Assembly: GCA_043228905.1 (NCBI GenBank)
Contig: JBHGNT010000015.1
Coordinates: 20,150,001 to 20,214,000 of the forward strand
Source of the DNA: Azolla caroliniana
Taxonomy: Eukaryota; Plantae; Polypodiophyta
Length of the DNA stretch: 64,000 nucleotides
Direction: 5' to 3'
Within the stretch, counting starts at the first letter, position 1. Every line of letters starts with the position of its first letter. Under the pieces are notes generated by a model. That model did not search any database and was not told where the DNA came from. It saw only the letters and a list, made by a program, of their open reading frames with translations. A program made the position numbers and the translations under genes. Positions 1-14,060 of the stretch are shown here, in pieces.

Positions 1-2
1 TG

Positions 3-1562
3 TATACAAGTTTCCAGTCTACCCCTTCACAGGAGTATGACAGAGAGCCGGGTGTAAATGAACTAGAAAATAGCTCGCAACTGAAGAAGAGCAAGAGCAG
101 GTCCTATTCTGAGATGGAAACGTTTTTATCAAGTCCTCTGGTAGGTTCTCTCTGTGATGAGCTGAGTTCTCGGGTCTCAAAGAAGAGCAGCTTCTCGCTG
201 ATTCCTCCTTCCGTAGCTTCCTTTTCGTTCTCAGTTTTGCGTTTCATTTCAGCGGTGAGAAGCGCACTTTTGGCCACTTTAGAGGCTAACTCTGAGGAAT
301 GCTCTCCTCTAGGTATCACATTTTCTGAGATTGTGGCAAGGGTTCTTGTTTCTCCGGGAGATCCCAATATACTAGGAGTCCAGATGCCTCTTGATTGTCT
401 TGTGAGAGGTGTATTAAAGGTCTTATCTGTGAGTGGTGGAAAGTGCTCTTTGGAAGGAGTTGATCCGTTCGTGGTTTATGATAAGGTCACAAGGTGTTGG
501 TCTTGGATCGGCCCTTTACCTGCTGGTTCTATTCACTATGTTGATACAGATGTGCAATCCTATCCTGAAATCTGGGGTATAGCTCCGACTACTTTGTATG
601 AGATGCAAGACGTGTTCGCCAGATGGCTAAAGACATCAGAAGGAACTCTCCACCAAATCTGGCAGCTCTCTCTACTACCAATGCCGGAATACCCTGTCTT
701 TCCAGAAGAGAAAGAGAGGTTTAAGGACTTGAGGGCACAAAAGAGTCTTGGTACGATTATCTCTAGTACACCTGAGATGAGGCTACTGTTCCATAAAGAG
801 GAGGCAGTTCGATACTCAACTGCAGAGATAACATGCTGTTATACTACTGCAGATGGGCGCAAGTCTGCAGTGTCTCCCTTGAAGAGAATAGGTGGGAAAT
901 CCAAAGCCAAAGCAAGAGATCATTTCATGTTAAAGCCTGACCGACCCTCTCACATAACTATACTTTGCCTGGTCAGAGATGCGGCTTCTCGGCTTCCTCA
1001 AGGCATCGGTACTCGGGCAGATGTTTGTACTCTACTTAGAGACTCTCAATTCATTGTTGAGGATGTTTCTGAGCTTCAACTTAGTCATGTTGTGAGTGGT
1101 GCACTTGATCGGTTGCACTATGAAAAAGACCCTTGTGTTCGCTATGATTCAGACAAGAAGCTATGGGTTTATCTCCACGCTGATCGGAACGAAGAGGACT
1201 TTGAAGAGGGTGGGACAGCATCCACTCGAAGCTCTAGGAGGAGTAAGAAAGAGGGTGCTGATGTGGCTTGTTCTCCTATTCAAGGGCAAGGTTATAATAA
1301 TGACGAAATGTCTGAACCTGAGCATGAATCAGGGGGCTCATATAATGGTTCGAATGCTGGTTCGGCTTCTCCAGAGCTCTTATATAGCCATCAGAATGGT
1401 GGTCCATCAATGATGAATGAAAATGGACAAGCAAGGGATGAAGGATTGCTTCCATTCATTGATCTTCCTCCTTCTATGCAGCCTTTTTGTGGGAATATGC
1501 AGAGCCATCCTATGGGCTGGGAAGTGTATAAAGCGGGAAAAGAACTTTCTATCAGTCAGTAG
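3..1562 (+). CDS. NFRKB-like protein (INO80 complex subunit), C-terminal part; 5' end lies outside the window
   Basis: Frame is open from position 3 into the 482-aa ORF. It carries plant NFRKB C-terminal motifs: KARDHFMLKPDRP.H.TILCLVRDAA.RLP..IGTRADVC.LLRDSQ and VVSGALDRLHYEKDPCV.YD...KLWVYLH. Confidence 0.85.
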   Translation, partial: YTSFQSTPSQEYDREPGVNELENSSQLKKSKSRSYSEMETFLSSPLVGSLCDELSSRVSKKSSFSLIPPSVASFSFSVLRFISAVRSALLATLEANSEECSPLGITFSEIVARVLVSPGDPNILGVQMPLDCLVRGVLKVLSVSGGKCSLEGVDPFVVYDKVTRCWSWIGPLPAGSIHYVDTDVQSYPEIWGIAPTTLYEMQDVFARWLKTSEGTLHQIWQLSLLPMPEYPVFPEEKERFKDLRAQKSLGTIISSTPEMRLLFHKEEAVRYSTAEITCCYTTADGRKSAVSPLKRIGGKSKAKARDHFMLKPDRPSHITILCLVRDAASRLPQGIGTRADVCTLLRDSQFIVEDVSELQLSHVVSGALDRLHYEKDPCVRYDSDKKLWVYLHADRNEEDFEEGGTASTRSSRRSKKEGADVACSPIQGQGYNNDEMSEPEHESGGSYNGSNAGSASPELLYSHQNGGPSMMNENGQARDEGLLPFIDLPPSMQPFCGNMQSHPMGWEVYKAGKELSISQ

Positions 1563-2456
1563 TTTTTTGTTTATTTGATTATTGAATATTTTCTCGTTTT
1601 TTGCTGGTCTAATGGAAAGTGTCTGGTGGACATGTTTTAAGCAGTCTATACCAGACATTTGATACTTCCCAATTTGTATATAGATTATTGAGGTCTGTTA
1701 CGACTACTACTGCCGAGTATATCCAACTGTTTAACCAAATTGATTCGCTCTATTGGAGTTCATGTTATTGTAGTAGGACATTCCTATTTACATGTTACTT
1801 TTACAAAGATTATAAAGTGGACCACTAGCTGAACTGATTGTTTGAAATCTAATATTCATGTTGTGTATCATATACACTATGCAATTCTGGCAGGGAGGTA
1901 CATACACATACATGTGTATATGGGCAAATGGATGGCAGAAATCAAGGAACCATTTCTGGTCATGGTATGCTATAAAAAAGAATGTGAATAAAAACAATGT
2001 TTCTGTGATCCAAAATTGCAGTCTAACCAAATCTCTCTATGGGGAGTTGCCTGATCATGTATGTTAGCCGCATTAATTTGGATGGTGGAAAGCTTTAATT
2101 TGGATGGTGGAAAGCTTTAATTCTCGTGAGATTGTTGAAGCAGGAGGGTAATCTCTATGTATCTAGTGAGCCAAATCTTGCAACACTGATTCGAGACATA
2201 GGTGTAGGGATGTTTTATTATGAACGTTGGATTTGGTAACAGTTTGATGGTTATATATATTATGTACAAGATGCATGGAAACCTACAAGATGCACACGTT
2301 CTTCTTGTGTAAAATGCGTGGAAACCTACAACATCTACGCTTTTTCATTGTATGCAAAAGTCTGAACCTGCTAGGGTTGGACATGGCTCATTTTCATATA
2401 GGTAAAAAACATGAGACATGGAATACTGATAACTGGGTACTGCTGAAAATATCCAG

Positions 2457-2720
2457 GTACTTCTGCAAATGAGGACAGTACATGTTATTAACACAAACTC
2501 TTGTGTTGTTACTTTAAGTTATGGTTGCAGATATCCTCAATATCTATGAGGTCACTGAGCATATATTGGTATTACATCCTTGATACCAAAGTACTTCTGC
2601 AAATGAGGACAGTACATGTTATTAACACAAACTCTCCTGTCGTTATGTATAAGGTATGGTTGATGCAGATATCCTCAATATCTATGAGATCACTGAACAT
2701 ATATTTGTATTATATGTCAC
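2457..2720. repeat. Local tandem duplication, about 134-bp unit x2
   Basis: gtacttctgcaaatgaggacagtacatgttattaacacaaactc...gcagatatcctcaatatctatgag occurs at about 2457 and about 2591. Confidence 0.85.
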
Positions 2721-4769
2721 CTTGGCATGTGACCTGGGTGGTGAGCACATCTACTTCATTTCACATGTATCACAGAGATTCCTCATTTAAAAATTTTCCT
2801 GAAGTAGATGTCCTAGTGGATGCAATACAACCAAAGGTAGATCTACACCATATAATGTATGAAAGATTGAACACGTTTGTTTCTTTCCTTAAGCAATAAA
2901 GCATACCATACATACACATGGGAATTTCGTAGCAATTAATAATAATAAGACATTTTCATACCTTCCCTCAACATTTGTTAATAATCAATAAACAGAAAAA
3001 GACAACTTCAAAGCATCCGTGTAATTGAAAAGACAATAATAAATGGAGTGAGATACATATAGTTATGTATAAATATAATGGATGTTAGAACTTTCTTTGT
3101 AAAAACGTCCAAGAGATTTTCTTTATTCCACCAAGTATCCCTAGATGCACCATCCCCATAGATTTCGTGAACCATATATAATTTAAGAAAGAGGAGAAAT
3201 CAAGCACTTCTTGATATAATAATTTCTGGATAGAGAATTGACCAAAAGCATATGGAAAGATATCCTGCACTAGAAATCGGCAAAGTAACATCTGAAGTCA
3301 CCCTCAGGTCCACACTCAGCTCAAGTGCTCAACCTTAACCTCCTTACTAACTCTACTTTTTTCACCTTATATTTTCATCACCATTTCCAAAGCCATGATG
3401 TAAGTGCAGATCCGGTTACACAACTTGGCTCATGCTTAACAAGCAACTCGATCGAGTAAACACCTTGCCTTAATACAAGCTATGCTTTTTTCAATCATCA
3501 TTGCCACAAAAGCCAAGCCAAGCAATTGCTTATTCAATGTTATTGTCAATGCCATGTTAGAGCAGTTGGATATTAACGGGTTAGCTTTCACACATCACAA
3601 AGGTATTCTTGAAATGAAATGAAGAGAATGCCTCTTATTTTAAGGTTAAAATAAGAGCATATTTCCTATTAGCTAAGCTTTTCTATTCATTTACAATTAA
3701 ATTCTTGTACAACAACCTTTTCATTGACATTTTGGAATAAAAAAAGTAGACGCACTTATTAATTTAAAAATAACTTCACTCTTCTTACGCCAACCATTTG
3801 AAGAGGAAGACTTGCATTAAGAATCTTAGTTTGAAAATATGTCAGACAGGTCCTCTTTATAATTTTGTGAAAAAATGAATATAGCATTAGTTATACACGT
3901 TAATTATTCAATTTATTAGTCGGAACAAACAACACTTTTATGGTGTATGAACTAGTTAAGCACGTGACACTAAATCACAAGTGATTTACTTCTAGTGTTT
4001 TAACGAGTCTTTAATAAGTCATCTAATAACATACTATAGGAATGCCACGACATCACTGTAAGAACTTCCATGTTTCTACTCCGTTCAACTGTTTTATTGC
4101 AGAGATGCGCTTCCAAGAGGGCACTTCCATTGTAGCTTTGTTGTATGATACAACTCATGAAATTAGGGTTTTTATCTTACTAAAAATACTATTAGTATAA
4201 TGAGAAGTTGAGAAAAAACACAATGGAACGAGAAAATGGTAGCAACCTATCATGCAATAATATGATAAATTATAGAGACACTTCCAAGAATAGAAGCACA
4301 AACAACTTTGATTTTATAACTGTATTTCTATTAAGACCAATCAATGCTGGTTCATTCAAGTTGTCGGTCCAGAGCTCTATTCCGGTGCTGATCTGTTTAA
4401 CTCTCATGCATAGGTTATCCAAGATGTAAATGCACTCCAATGCCATGGCAAAAACTTAGAACAAACATGATCAATTTGACTACAATCAATTTACAGCCTA
4501 TATATATATATATATGAAATCTATTTACTAACTTTCTTTATTAAACGTAGTGCACAGCCAAAATTAACTTGATAAAAAGAAAACCAGAACTTGCAAATGG
4601 ACAGCCTCCAACATTGACTTCAATGGAAGATGAAAATCAGAAGATCACATTTTATCTTCATTTGAAATTCCATAAACACATCATGTAGAATACACATCAT
4701 TCTGATAATGTAGAAGATTTGCCAATATAATTTTGCACACAATACACATTTTGAAGCATACATACCCTT

Positions 4770-7700
4770 TTAGAGCCTCTTATCTGTGCTTCTGCGTGTT
4801 TCTTCAATTTGATCCACACTCATTCTAGGATGATCACGCTGATCCAAATTTTCAATCTGATCCATATGTTTTTGTAACAATTCCACTTGATCAACGCTCC
4901 TCCTTGATCGCTCAGCACGATCCGTACTTTTCCTCAATCCATTCTTATTCAAGTTAGATTTCTCTAGAGAACCTATAAATTTTCTGAGATGCCTGATATA
5001 CTCTGGATAGAGCTCCAAGTTGCAATGTCCCCCACCTTTCAGCCACAGTGGTTCATATTTGTCCTTAGACAGCTCCCATAACTGCTTTCCATGTGAACAA
5101 TCAACCACCTCATCAGACGTGCCCTGGAAAATAAATGCCCACATATAAGTGAGAAACAATAACATTAGATACACAATATGTACAGCTTCATAACAAAATA
5201 TCATGCTCTTGAACTTTTTCTAATGATTTCAAGCCACTCAAGTATCATTAAAAAAACTCAACACAATTCAAGGCTCTTCATAATTATATTCATGAAATAA
5301 AGAGTTCCAATGCTGGTTCTTGTCAGAGACAGGCTGTTGAGAAGGGATCCATCAAAAAGCTAGGTGAAGCAATGGCTGTCGACAAACACAGTTGGAATAA
5401 CAACATTGGCAACTTAGAGGCCATGATCCTTTTATATGATACAAGGTAAGCTATTTTATTGAAATTTTCCAAGCTCAAAGCAATACTGATATATCTATTC
5501 GTGCACGGGATTAGAAATACATTTTGGGCTAATGGTACAAAACAGCACTCCAGGGCAGGAGATTGTCCATCCAGATGAACTGAAAGCAATCATTATCTCA
5601 ACTGCATGCTGTATCAACCAAGGAATATGAGATTTTAATGTAATTAAAATAGGCTCACAAACTGATCTCATCACTCCAATGGCTACACACAAAACATTTC
5701 AATTCTGCAATTGATACGAACACAATAATTTAAGCACCTGTCCATGGTAATCAGCATCTATAATTCCAAGAAGTACAAAAGTTCAATCGAATATTTTTTA
5801 TGCTTAATTTATAATTGAGATGGTTAGAGATAACTAAGACTTACATGCATAACAAGCACAGGACAAGTGACATTCCCAATTTTGTCAATGTTCTGCAAAT
5901 CGGAAAACAAGTATTTTTTATAACATCACAGAAATGAGCATAAATGATCTTTAGATGCTCCTTCTAATCACACCTTATATATGTCAAACCAATATGTCCG
6001 TTTCACAGGATACATCACACGCACTCCAGATAGAATGGGACTATGGAGTACCACAGCTCTAAGATTAGGTAGGCGTGTAGCTATCTCCAAAGTTGGTCCA
6101 CTGCCAACAGATTGGCCATACAGAACTATATCTTCCTGTTTAGCACTATAATCACGCTCAAGGCACTCATAAACTGCCTCTATATCAGCATATGTGTTAT
6201 ATTCATTTGGCTGCAGGTTAATATACAAAATAGATGAATTAATTCCCACATAAATACTTGAGTTCATAAGATGTTTAACCCATTTGAAAACATTTGAAAA
6301 CCTTCCCACTAGATTGTCCATAACCAGCATAGTCATACCTACAAAAACAATAATTAATGATGATTATTACTTATCATGGTGGGGCATATAATATGCCATA
6401 AAGTAGCACATTTCAGAAAGCATCGTTTGGAAACTAATGTAAACATCCTTCAATTAAGTAATGAAGCTTACCAGGTCATTATATCTCATGAAAACATGAA
6501 AACAAGATTACGTTAGTGATTATAACCTATTCCAAAATGCCACTCAAATATACAGCTCACAATTTAGCATTGACTTGCCCTTGGAAACTTTTTCGAAACT
6601 CACAATACACCTTCGAAACGGGCATTCTTGTATATGCAGAAATGTCACTCTAAAACCAAGTTGCTTTGTCTTTCAAGACTTAAGATAGAAAATATATATT
6701 AATGGCAACACTTACAAAACCAACAAACAAGGATGGTTTCTGTGCATGCACGCCCACAACATTACTTCAATGTAATGATCTTAATTTCACCAAGTAAGAT
6801 TTTAGAAGCCTGATACACCTACTACAACAATGAAAGACCTAAGAAACTGAACCAATCAATGTATATTCAGTTTCAAACATGCGCAAAACATTATCTCAAT
6901 CAATCATCTTGATTTCACCAAGTTAAACCTTGAAGTGTGATACACCTAAGTAGATCAATCAATAACCTGAGAAACAGATACACTTACCTTCAACAATCAA
7001 AGACCTGAGAAACTGAACTAAAACAGACCTAGTCTAAAAATTAAGAAAATTGGGCATGAATGATGGTAAATACTGGTACTTATGAAAAATTCAAATTAGT
7101 CTTAGGCACATTCAAGATTTTTTATAACCACCCAAGGAAGCTACAAGCAGCCTGGAAATCTTAAGAAATACTTGAAATAGGTCAATTCATAGTTCCTCAT
7201 ACACAAAAATGTGGACAATATGATAACTTTTTATGGTTTATGAAAATAAACAGTCAAAGGATAGAACGCAGTAATGTCTGTCATGAACACAAATCAATAT
7301 AGAAGATCACACACTTAGATTACCGTTTCATTTGTTTTGCAAAAAACATAATAGCTATTCGGGCAGACTTGTGAAGGCTTGTATTATTCACCTTACACAA
7401 ATGTTTGTGATCCCATGCATATGCTTATTGTTATTAGACCAGAGGAGCAACATCTGGCTCTGACTGAAAGATTCAAATCCCTAATAGTACTTTTCAGGCA
7501 GGATAAATGAAGGTCTTGCTGCAGAGAGGTAAGGAGTGATGGAGAAATTCTAGGGATAATCTAGTGTTAATGGGACTACTTCATGGTTTGAAAATGCATG
7601 ATGAGGGGGGTTTTGTGACACAAGCATATGCATATGATACCTCATTCATGTCACAAAAACTCCAAATGATGAGTGTGAAAATCGACGCCCTCAAACTGTA

Positions 7701-9441
7701 CAGATTAGCGGCTGGATATCATTTTAACTTTACGAATTTCAAACTCTTGCCCTTCACAATATGTATACAATTGAAATCAACTTCTGAAGCTAGGTCAGAT
7801 TGTCAGTCTAAACAAAATGGTGACCTTTTGGCTATCCGTTGGGAAGGAATGCCACAGAAAGCAAAGATTGAATGAGTTCTACAAAAATGCAACAAAAGCT
7901 AAGTTGTTAGTAGGGATCAGCATGGCAACGGCTCAGCTCAAGCCTAAAACGTTCAGCTAAACCGGTTTAAAGCGGCTTAGTGGCTTTGCAGCTCGGCTTG
8001 GCTTGAGCCTTGTCAAACCGGTTAAGCCGTTTATCTTATTTAATAATTAGACTGTTGAGTGATGCGTCTCCACACAAACGTGAGAGAGAGAGAGAGGAAG
8101 CCACAGGAAATGACTGTTGAGTGATGCGTCTCCACACAGATGTGAGGGAGAGAGAGAGAGAGAGGAAGCCATAGGAAATGATTGTTGAGTGACACGTCTC
8201 CACACAGACGTGAGAGAGAGGGAGAGAACCTGCATAGTGGACAACGACGAGGACCTCCTTGTTATATACATTGTTTCTTCTTTATGTACAATGTACATAT
8301 AGGTGAAAACTTAGTTGAAGCTCTAATTCTCTCCGAATTGGACCTAGGACACGGTGAGCTCGACGTGAAGGTGGTTGAGGGATGGGCAATAGCAATCGAG
8401 AGGTTTGGGAAGGGTTACATCGACTGATCAATCATAGAAGTCTAGAGAGAGGGAGTCGTGGAGGTCGGACTCGAAGTTGAAGGACTCATTGGTGGTAAGG
8501 CCGAGGGGGGTGGGAGTTATGAGGAGGAGAAGAAGAGGAGGAAGTGGTAGTGATGTTTTTTGGGTTTCTTCACAAACGGTTTTTTGTCCCAAACCGGTTC
8601 CCAAGCCGGTTTAGCCTAAACAGGTTTAGGGATCAGTTTGGTTTGGTTCGGTTTAAGTTTGAGAACCCCAAAACGATTTAGGCTTAACTGGTTTGGCTTG
8701 GGTAATGCCAAACCGAACCGTTACCGATTCCTAGTTGTTGGCATATTTCAACATGGCCCCTACGTGTTAGATTGAGGATACTTCAATCAACAGTCATGGT
8801 GGCTTACATTCAGTATCACCTGATTACGACTGATTGACCGAAACAAATAATCTGAAGGATAAAGTTCAGAAAACATCTGACGATTTTGGTGTTCTAAACA
8901 GTCATGCAAATGTGTAAGGCTCCTATTACAAGAGGACTGTGCACAGAACGAATGCAAGGAGGACTTGGTCCACAAGATATACATATTGTCACCAGAATAC
9001 ATACATTAATAACCATACATACATTCACAAACATGAATAAAATCACGCACAAACACATATATGCATATATTTAAGAGACTCACATACACAAGTGTGCATA
9101 TTTATTACATATAAAGGTAATTAGTTCATGGGCACGTACCCCATCAGGTTCACTTGCAGATGCCGACTTAATTCGACGAAAAGCTCATACATTTGACCCA
9201 AATCAGCTGCATTGCCATGAGAGTACAATAATGTAAGCCTTGCAGATGGATTGCAAACATAAAGAGCAACAATAGTATGCCCCCTCCTAGTGTTCAGCCA
9301 CATGACATCCACATTCTCTCTTTCAGGCACATCAGAAAGCTTCAATTTCCCTGTTTGCTCATCCTTCACAACTTGATATGAGGGTGGAGTTGGTGGGAAG
9401 AAAGCAAATTTGGCTGCAATAGACGATGTTACTGCCCCCAT
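4770..9441 (-). CDS. ABHD17/ABAPT-like alpha/beta hydrolase (protein S-acyl thioesterase family), about 325 aa
   Basis: Exons 9441-9140, 6338-6302, 6210-5974, 5892-5845 and 5123-4770, all GT-AG with consistent phase. Motifs: [38 protein letters not shown], nucleophile [21 protein letters not shown]. Confidence 0.92.
7911..8733. mobile_element. Non-autonomous hAT-like DNA transposon in intron 1 of the hydrolase gene
   Basis: Termini TAGGGATC...GATTCCTA. 8-bp TSD gttgttag (7903-7910) / gttgttgg (8734-8741). Subterminal aaccgg/ccggtt motif clusters. Confidence 0.8.
8050..8225. repeat. Tandem repeat of about 62-70 bp x3 inside the hAT element
   Basis: gactgttgagtgatgcgtctccacaca...(ga)n...ggaagcca..ggaaat repeated three times. 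Confidence 0.85.
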
Positions 9442-11929
9442 CTTCCAAAGAAATGGAGACTTGGTACACAATGCAAGTTCATGAAAAAGCTCTACATCCT
9501 GCCTGGAAATTGTGAATACCACCAAAAGAAGACTTGAATAAGGACTAGTTGGTGTATGTAGCAAAATATGGAAACGTAAAACCATGTGCACAGAAAGAAA
9601 GAGGTTTATCAAAAAAATGTTGGCTGATCTGTGCAAGCAACACTCAAAGACTCCGGTAGTACACTTTGCTGATGTATGGTAACAACATGGAAGTTGTATG
9701 ATTTTTTGTACCAAATAAATAATAAATTTGTATGCTTCATTGATGTACGCAACAAAATTCTGAAAATAAAATTTCTGAGAATAACGATAAAGATGTATTG
9801 TGTAGTTTGTGAAACACAAAATAAAATTCAATAAAATAAGAAGTTTCAAGAAGGAAAGACGCTTTATGAAAAATGTTCCCTAACCTATGAGAATAACTAA
9901 AAGAATTAGGCGACAGCAAACTATTCAATAATGCAATGTTCTTTCATTGCACTCTGATTTAGTTTTTTCTGCACTTTGGAACATGCACCAGCAAAGGAGA
10001 CTCTTCATTTCTTTGGTTGCATTGTTTATTAGGGAAACTTCTTCATAGTACATATTTCTTTCTTTGCACATGGATTTGTTCATTTCTTTACTTTGTTGCA
10101 TAATGCAGGAAAAACAAAATCTGACTACAAGGAAAGAAATATGATTTACGAAATGAAATTCTAATATCTGAGAAGAACCACGAAAGTCTGATGAAGTCTA
10201 GTAATCTATGAGAACCGCAAAAGAAATAAGTATTCCCTGCAGTCAATGAAAACCAAATTCGAGAGCAAACAATACATTTTTAAAAAATTCCTGGTGTACA
10301 GGAACAAGAAAACAAATGTCTAGGAACAACTTCCTGATCTAGACTTACTGAAGTACGCAATTGGCTGTTCACAATAGAACTGACAGAATGTACCAAAATG
10401 CATAGACTTCTCAAAATAGACTTACTAAAAACGCATATACTTAGACGTTTACAAGATATTTCCTACATACTCACATGTTTTAAAAAGAGATTTTACAAGC
10501 TAAACGTAACTAAATATCCGAATTCAAAGAGAATAAGGAAGGCACGAACACACCTGCATAGATTGAATAGTATGGTTGAAACTTCCCATTTTGCCTGGAA
10601 TTGGAATAACCAGAAAGAAACCTACCATAAATTAACAGATTTACAGAAATAAATCAATCGACACATACAAACAAATGCAAGAACAGACTAGTGAATGGTT
10701 GAGACATCTTCACATCCATCCGCGAGTTGAGAGGATCAAATAGAGAACGTTTTTTTAAAACACGAACTGAAGGACAGTATTTTGCAGGAAAAGGAGGAAC
10801 ATACATGTGAAAGATCGAATCCATTTTCTTGATTTATGTCGATGATGATGATGATGATGATAAGAGAAGAAGGTTGAGTGCGGAACCTGTAGAGTTCTTC
10901 GAGCTTCAATGGGATCAATCACATGAAGAGGTAAGTAAGAGCTACGTTTGAGAGATCTATCGGAGACAACAGAAGAAAAGTAATAGATAAAAGGGAAGAA
11001 GATGGAGCTTCTCTCTCTCTCCCGCTCGTGAGAGAACAAAACTACAGGAAAGAGCATATTTTCTTGCAGGAAAATCAAAGGAAAAGCAAAGAGCATACCT
11101 GAATCTGTGTGCCTATAGACGGCGAAGAAGAAGAGATTGCGTGCAGGAAGAATCAGATAAGGATTGGAGCTTCAATGGGAGCAGGCGAAGAAAGGCAAGA
11201 AAAACAGGAAAGAAAGAGAGAAGTAGGAATGGTGTGTATGTGTGTGTGTGTGTCTCTCTCTCTCTCTCTAGATTCTAGAGAGAGGGAAAAAAAGGACAGA
11301 AACATAAATAAATATGTATTTTCTTTTTTTCAACGTAATTATTGAAAATTTATATATACAATTATTTGCTTCCGCCCCCTCTTCTAAATAAACCGCCAAA
11401 ATATATATACGTATGTCTATTTAATATATGCATAATTACATTATGAATGTATTGTATGTATGTATGTATTTTATCATTTGTATGTATATATGTACTTTCG
11501 ATATACAATGAGTTGTATTTTCGCCATATAGAAATATGCCGTATACAAAAAATTGACCATAATTATAATTTATAACATTCGTGGTTTACAAAATATAAGA
11601 CCACATTTATAATAGCTACTTGGATACAAATTATATGACCATATTTACAATATCGGTCGTATAAAAAATTTGTGTGACCATGACAACTATACAAAATTTA
11701 CAATATGGGGCCACCGGACGCAGTTGGAAATTCCAATACCCTGCATGCCCATCCTTCGAGCTGAATCCGAAGTGAATCGACTTCACGTTTGGTGAACCAC
11801 ATCTTTGTGCCCTGTCACCAAATATGTATAAGAACACAACTATACAAAATCCACATGATACATCCATTTGCAATCACACTTACAAAAATCGGAGATATCC
11901 ATCCTCATAAGAACTCCTCGACCAACATG

Positions 11930-12414
11930 TGTATAGTCTTCATCACGTAAAAGCCGCAATCCCAACCATTTGGCTAAGTTGGGATGTGCAATACGTGATG
12001 TTGACCCTCCAACACAATGGTGTGGTTTGACGGTTCACTAGAAATGGTCTGAATCGCGATATTTGCAAGACTCTACACGGTGCTAGTCGTCGCGTTGTTT
12101 AGTGGATCGTAGAAGACTACTGCACTAGTAAGCTTAGAAACTTTGTGCCGCATCTTTGTCCACGACACCCAATGGCCCTCTACCACGATTGACATGAAGA
12201 TGAAATCACGCTCGACCACCTTCCGAAGGATGTCTTGCCCCTTCACCGTTTGCTTGTGTAGTTGCACCCAAAGTGGGTCAACTATGGTGAACCATTCTGA
12301 CACTTCATGTGACAGCGAGTACTCCGTCCACATGGTGAATAATGTCATCGCCCATGTGGATGCCATTTCCCCATCCTTGCACATTGTCTCAAAGTTTTGA
12401 TTCTGTAACATCAA
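11930..12414 (-). pseudogene. Ulp1/peptidase C48-like fragment
   Basis: Minus-strand peptides FTIVDPLW, DFIFMSIVVEGHWVSW, VVFYDPL, then in another frame PNGWDCGFYVMK. This is the His-Asp-Cys order of Ulp1 proteases; the frame is disrupted. Confidence 0.7.
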
Positions 12415-13829
12415 CGACGATATCGAGTCGTGCGCTAGTCAGTCGGTACCTGTATACATAGAAACATGCATGCATCATGAATCGAGCCACACATAATGAT
12501 AGATAATAGGATACAAATTGTAATCCACAAATCATCAACCTAGAAAAATGTTTGTTTGGTGTTTGGATCCACGATCTAACGGCCTCGGCGTGCTCAATTT
12601 GTATCGTGGAAACATTCGGTTCAACATCATCTGAATATGATGTTAATGGGACAATATTTGTGTTTGACTCGACCTCCTTCCGTCTAACTTGTATTTTTGG
12701 TCGTCTCCATCTCGGTGGTGTCGACACATCTTCAATGGGGTTTTGACCCTCTGTTGTATCAGTGGACACACCACACTCTTCAGTGGATATCCCCGCCTTT
12801 TTACACATTTTCACCACGAATCGACACATGTTATTATCTTAATTATGGCAGTAAACCCTCCATCACTAAAAAAGCATGAAAGGCTTGCTCATACTTACAT
12901 AAGAATCCAATCCTGATGCAATCTTCTTCTTCAACACTCCAACCACTCATCCTTTTTGAAGTCATAGATGGTCATCTCGTGCTCCATAAATTTCGCCACA
13001 AACCCTTAGACATGTAGGTTGCACAACTTCTCCAATGTCTTCTAACAAACCCCTTTACAAATCATCAGTCAGCATACATGCATCACACATCATTACCACT
13101 AGCAATCAAAATTGGTTCGTTACATACCTCTCTTCAGTTGGATATATGGCACCGTTATCAGAATCCCACCACTCTTTGTACTTGGACTAGGTAGCCATAT
13201 ACACAATCAAGCATAAGCAAAACCCTAAACAATTTCTAAAATCACTAATCAAGCAAAACCCTAAACATAATCCCAAAACCTAAACCCTCGACATGAAAAT
13301 GGCAGGTTGTACACCAAAAAAATTAAACCCTAATTCAAGGAAAAGAAAACGTACAGAAATGACGCAAAATCATAAATAAGAAATGGTATCAAACATTTTT
13401 TGAATTTAATACTCAAGGACACCCAATATTATCTTTAATCAAGCAAAGCATTAAACCCTAAACCCTTAATAATCAATCATGTCTAATCAATGATCAATAA
13501 ACTAAACAATTTTTGAAAAATAACCTAATCATTGGATCAAGCCAAACCCTAAATAGTTTCTAAAATCATAATATCAAGCTAAACCCTAAACCTGATCCCG
13601 AACCCTAATCCCTCGACATGAAAAATCCTTGCACATCAAAAAAAAAATGTAGAAAAAGTACAAACAAACAAAAATACATACCTAGGAAATATATGGGTGG
13701 CTAGGGCAAGTGTGATTAATTGATTTTGTTGACAATTGGCTACTTGAATCACTTTCCTAGCAAAAAACCCTGTCAATCTCGTTTGAAAAAATGAGGGAGA
13801 ATGATAGGTTTCAGGGCTTTATAGTTGGC

Positions 13830-14060
13830 GGTTGGGTGACCAAAAAAAATGTGGATACATGCGTTTGGGCGACCACAACACTAAATGGGTTGGGCGACCA
13901 CACGTTAGTTGGGCTACCACAATTAAACTTGGTTGGGCGACCAAACAGAGGCGACAAAGTTGGGTGACTACTTACAGGGTTGGACGACCAAGGACTCAGA
14001 GTTGGGCGACCTCTTACAGGGTTGGGTGACCGAGGACTCAGAGTTGGGCGACCTCTGACA
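13830..14060. repeat. Array of (g)ttgggcgacc-type subterminal motifs
   Basis: About ten degenerate copies, including two near-identical ~42-bp units (ggactcagagttgggcgacctct). Confidence 0.8.

Noticed and set aside
13200-13620. Interstitial telomere
   Set aside because: AAACCCTAA motifs are dispersed rather than tandem, and sit within duplicated transposon blocks.
13830-14060. CRISPR-like repeat/spacer appearance (also 14925-15257)
   Set aside because: Eukaryotic context, spacers are themselves repeated, and there are no cas genes. These are transposon subterminal or internal repeats.
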